Shown piece by piece: positions 48,589-51,129 of a DNA stretch of 51,129 nucleotides (its first letter is position 1; each line of letters opens with the position of its first letter). Below the pieces are notes generated by a model, which saw nothing but the letters and a program-made list of their open reading frames with translations, was not told where the DNA came from and did not search any database. The translations under genes were made by a program, and so were the position numbers. Source of the DNA: a virus (lineage: Duplodnaviria > Caudoviricetes); IMG/VR virus record IMGVR_UViG_3300007965_000005, positions 1 through 51,129 of that record. One strand, given 5' to 3'.

Positions 48589-49284
48589 ATGCAAACGACC
48601 TTAGATGACACTCATCCCGTTTTCGAAGCATGCAGAACGGGAGACTATGACGTTGTAGAAAAATTTCTCGCAGAAGGAGGGAGTGTGTATGCCGAAAGTG
48701 AATACAATCCTGCCATCTTTGGGATCGCCGCCTGCCATGGACACAAGCATATCCTCGAACTCATGCTTCGGTATGGACTGGATATTTCTCGATCACACAA
48801 CCGGTTTGGATCATCAGTTGCGGAGTTTGCCATCAAACGGGATTCCGTTGAATGGCTGGAGTATTTTCTATCTCTCGGGGTTTCGGTGGACCACCTAACT
48901 GATACGGGACATGGATTGGCCGAGTTGGCCGCAGCAGGAGGAAAAACGAAGTGTCTTGAAATCCTGATCCATAAAGGGGCGAAACTAGAAGAACGAAGTA
49001 GAACCGGCGGCACAGCCTTTTTCGAAGCCGCAAGGAATAACCAAGTTGCAGCGCTGGAAATCCTCCATCGTGCCGGAGCAAACCGCGAGGCCAGAGATGG
49101 TGACCAAAACACCCCTCTGATCATCGCGGCGAAAGCCGGAAAATTCGAAGCCGTCGAATGGCTTCTTTACCACGGTGCCGACATCCATGCCCAAGACGAG
49201 CGCGGCAAGACAGCCCTGGACTGGGCGAAGGCGAACGGACACCAGAAGATTGTGGAATTACTTATATCCCGTATGGGTTTCTAG
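48589..49284 (+). CDS. Ankyrin repeat protein, candidate immunity protein
   Basis: NTPLIIAAKAG, GKTALDWA, LLYHGADIHAQD; directly after nuclease-like tip. Confidence 0.88.
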   Translation: MQTTLDDTHPVFEACRTGDYDVVEKFLAEGGSVYAESEYNPAIFGIAACHGHKHILELMLRYGLDISRSHNRFGSSVAEFAIKRDSVEWLEYFLSLGVSVDHLTDTGHGLAELAAAGGKTKCLEILIHKGAKLEERSRTGGTAFFEAARNNQVAALEILHRAGANREARDGDQNTPLIIAAKAGKFEAVEWLLYHGADIHAQDERGKTALDWAKANGHQKIVELLISRMGF

Positions 49285-49426
49285 AGTTGCGCACAAATCG
49301 GACCTTGATCGGCGGCACCGATTTGGCAGACGTGTGACCGATGGACGAGAACTTGACCAGCAAAGCCAGTCCCCGGTTTTCGAAGACGGGATTCAAATCC
49401 GGTCGATCCTCGACGGGTTCTTGTCT

Positions 49427-49448
49427 GATTCCACACGGATTCCACGCA
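49427..49448 (+). repeat. Tandem GATTCCAC(A/G)C arm-type sites
   Basis: Match 35101-35123. Confidence 0.65.
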
Positions 49449-49555
49449 AAATGACCGTGCAAGATGGCACAACATGCGACACCGGAAAAAACCACTGACC
49501 CAGAATAGCCCATGAATACGCACAAAGACGCACAATCGGTCCCGAATGGACCAGA

Positions 49556-49645
49556 TGGCGGAGGGGGTGGGATTCGAACCCACGGAACCCTTGCGGGCTC
49601 TCCAGTTTTCAAGACTGGCGCAATCGACCACTCTACCACCCCTCC
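49556..49645 (-). tRNA. tRNA-Ser(TGA)
   Basis: GGAGGGG/CCCCTCC acceptor stem, CTTGAAA anticodon loop, long variable arm, GTTCGAATC, GCCA end. Confidence 0.97.
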
Positions 49646-49736
49646 GTTTACTTATTTTCAGTCACTTAGGACTTTGAGCTTCCCACCGCGTGATACCTAG
49701 CTTATACCGTTTCAGCTTACGACAGCACGAAACATT

Positions 49737-50777
49737 ATGAACGAAGGCAAAACACGATGGGAAAAAACCAAGACACCGGGACTTTACGTCCGGCGGCCCG
49801 GTGGCACTTTCTATTCAAGAATCACGATTGGAGGCAAGCGGACTTTTCGCTCACTTGATACGACGAAACCGCGTGAGGCGGAGAAGCTGCACCGGGAACT
49901 CAAGAGCGGTCACACTCGCAGCGTCTCGACTCGGAGCAGCGACAAACTCCACGAGGCGATGACGAAGACGATTGAGTTTCGGAAGACTCGGAGAGGGATC
50001 GACCGCCCACTTACAAAGAAGACGCAGGAATACCACAAGGACTTGCTGGCGACGGCGAAGGGATTGCTTCCTGATAGCCCGCTTCCTCAGCTTGACGATC
50101 AAACGATCCTCTCCGCCATCCAAGACAGTGGCCTTGGACAGAGCAGGCGGAAGGCGGTTTTCGAGTTGGTGAAGGGAACGCTGGCACGGGCGAAAGAAAA
50201 CGGAGCCATCGGTAAGAACCCGCTGGCAGGCCACATCCCCGCCAAGGTTGAGCCAAAGGAACGCGACTTGCCGACCCGTGCGGAGATCGACGCAGTGTTT
50301 GCGGAACTGGCAAGGCAGGACAAGCGATACGGGCGTAGAACGGCACTGGCGGCCCGCCTGCTCGCTTTCTCCGGTCTCCGAATCAGTGAGGCGAAGTCAA
50401 TCTTGTGGACGGATATCAAGGACGGCAAAATCAAGCTCCGTGATGGTGAGGACATCAAGACGGGAAAGCGGGAACTCGACATCAATCCACCCCTTCAAGC
50501 GACCCTCGACGACATCGCCAGCATTTACGGCACCGAGGGACGCGTGCTGCCCGCGAAGAGTGTCCGAATCCAACTCAGGCAGGCTTGTATGACACTCGGT
50601 ATCGAGCCAATGACTAACCACGATCTCCGCTCTTGGTTTATCACTTGGAACATCACAAGCGGCACCGATGTCGGCACCCTCGCCAAGTGGTGCGGGAACT
50701 CCGCAAAAGTCCTTTTGGAGCGCTACCTGTCCCTGCAGGACGAACATCGGAAGCTTGCAGCCTCAAAACTCCAATGA
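49737..50777 (+). CDS. Tyrosine integrase of a further element
   Basis: FSGLRISE, IKT, HDLRSWF, GNS, RY. Confidence 0.88.
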   Translation: MNEGKTRWEKTKTPGLYVRRPGGTFYSRITIGGKRTFRSLDTTKPREAEKLHRELKSGHTRSVSTRSSDKLHEAMTKTIEFRKTRRGIDRPLTKKTQEYHKDLLATAKGLLPDSPLPQLDDQTILSAIQDSGLGQSRRKAVFELVKGTLARAKENGAIGKNPLAGHIPAKVEPKERDLPTRAEIDAVFAELARQDKRYGRRTALAARLLAFSGLRISEAKSILWTDIKDGKIKLRDGEDIKTGKRELDINPPLQATLDDIASIYGTEGRVLPAKSVRIQLRQACMTLGIEPMTNHDLRSWFITWNITSGTDVGTLAKWCGNSAKVLLERYLSLQDEHRKLAASKLQ

Positions 50778-51091
50778 GACCAGCGATCATCCACCCAAAA
50801 GGAAAGCCCGATGCTGCTTTGCTTGTCGACCTCCACTCGGTGGTGAAGTCAGATCGGGGAATGGACTTTATCCCATCCGCCATTCTGATCGGCAGCATGT
50901 CTGCCAATGGTGCAGGATGCCCCCTGATTAACCCGGTCGGCATCAAAGGTGAGTGGGAGTCATTCCACCCAATGAGGCGCGGCATCTATATGTCAGTGAG
51001 CAAGGTCATGCTAGACCCTATTCGAAAAGCCGCTGACCGACCGAAAACACGTCGCAGCCTGCGTATGAATCATTCATTGAAAATAAAATAA
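50774..51091 (+). CDS. Hypothetical protein
   Basis: ATGA overlap with integrase stop. Confidence 0.45.
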   Translation: MRPAIIHPKGKPDAALLVDLHSVVKSDRGMDFIPSAILIGSMSANGAGCPLINPVGIKGEWESFHPMRRGIYMSVSKVMLDPIRKAADRPKTRRSLRMNHSLKIK

Positions 51092-51129
51092 ATACCTTGA
51101 AAAGGTGTGACGCAACATGTTGTAATTCA

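Larger units (their letters stand above)
35017..49571 (+). mobile_element. Capsid-less satellite/PICI-like integrative element at tRNA-Ser (14.5 kb)
   Basis: att direct repeats, integrase, HTH genes, primase-helicase, no virion genes. Confidence 0.8.

Noticed and set aside
49262-49700. ORFs overlapping the tRNA
   Set aside because: Incidental translations of tRNA and att sequence

Overview
GC-rich bacterial integration hotspot next to a tRNA-Ser(TGA) gene (49556-49645, minus strand). The host is probably a Verrucomicrobium, inferred from the integrase type and the secreted-protein motifs. Four mobile pieces are visible. (A) 1-~8700 is the right part of a satellite-like element ending in a secreted partner gene, a 1235-aa secreted protein and two immunity-like genes. 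(B) ~8720-35016 is a ~26 kb siphovirus-like prophage. It carries a ParB / methyltransferase / HAD / CmoA-like cluster, lambda GpA-type terminase, lysis genes, a UDG-superfamily moron, head and tail genes, excisionase and integrase, but no recognisable replicase or repressor. (C) 35017-49571 is a 14.5 kb capsid-less element bounded by a 22-bp tRNA-Ser 3' repeat. It encodes an integrase, HTH proteins, a primase-helicase with iterons and a second copy of module A, whose large protein has the same N-terminus but a different, nuclease-like C-terminus followed by an ankyrin gene. (D) A third integrase lies beyond the tRNA. Best leads: a GTTGAC(A/G) motif 13-19 nt before 21 start codons; a candidate polymorphic toxin system; a multi-hairpin RNA with compensatory base changes upstream of the toxin operon; and a phage CmoA homologue in a DNA-modification-like cluster. 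All family calls are by-eye motif recognition; no searches were run.
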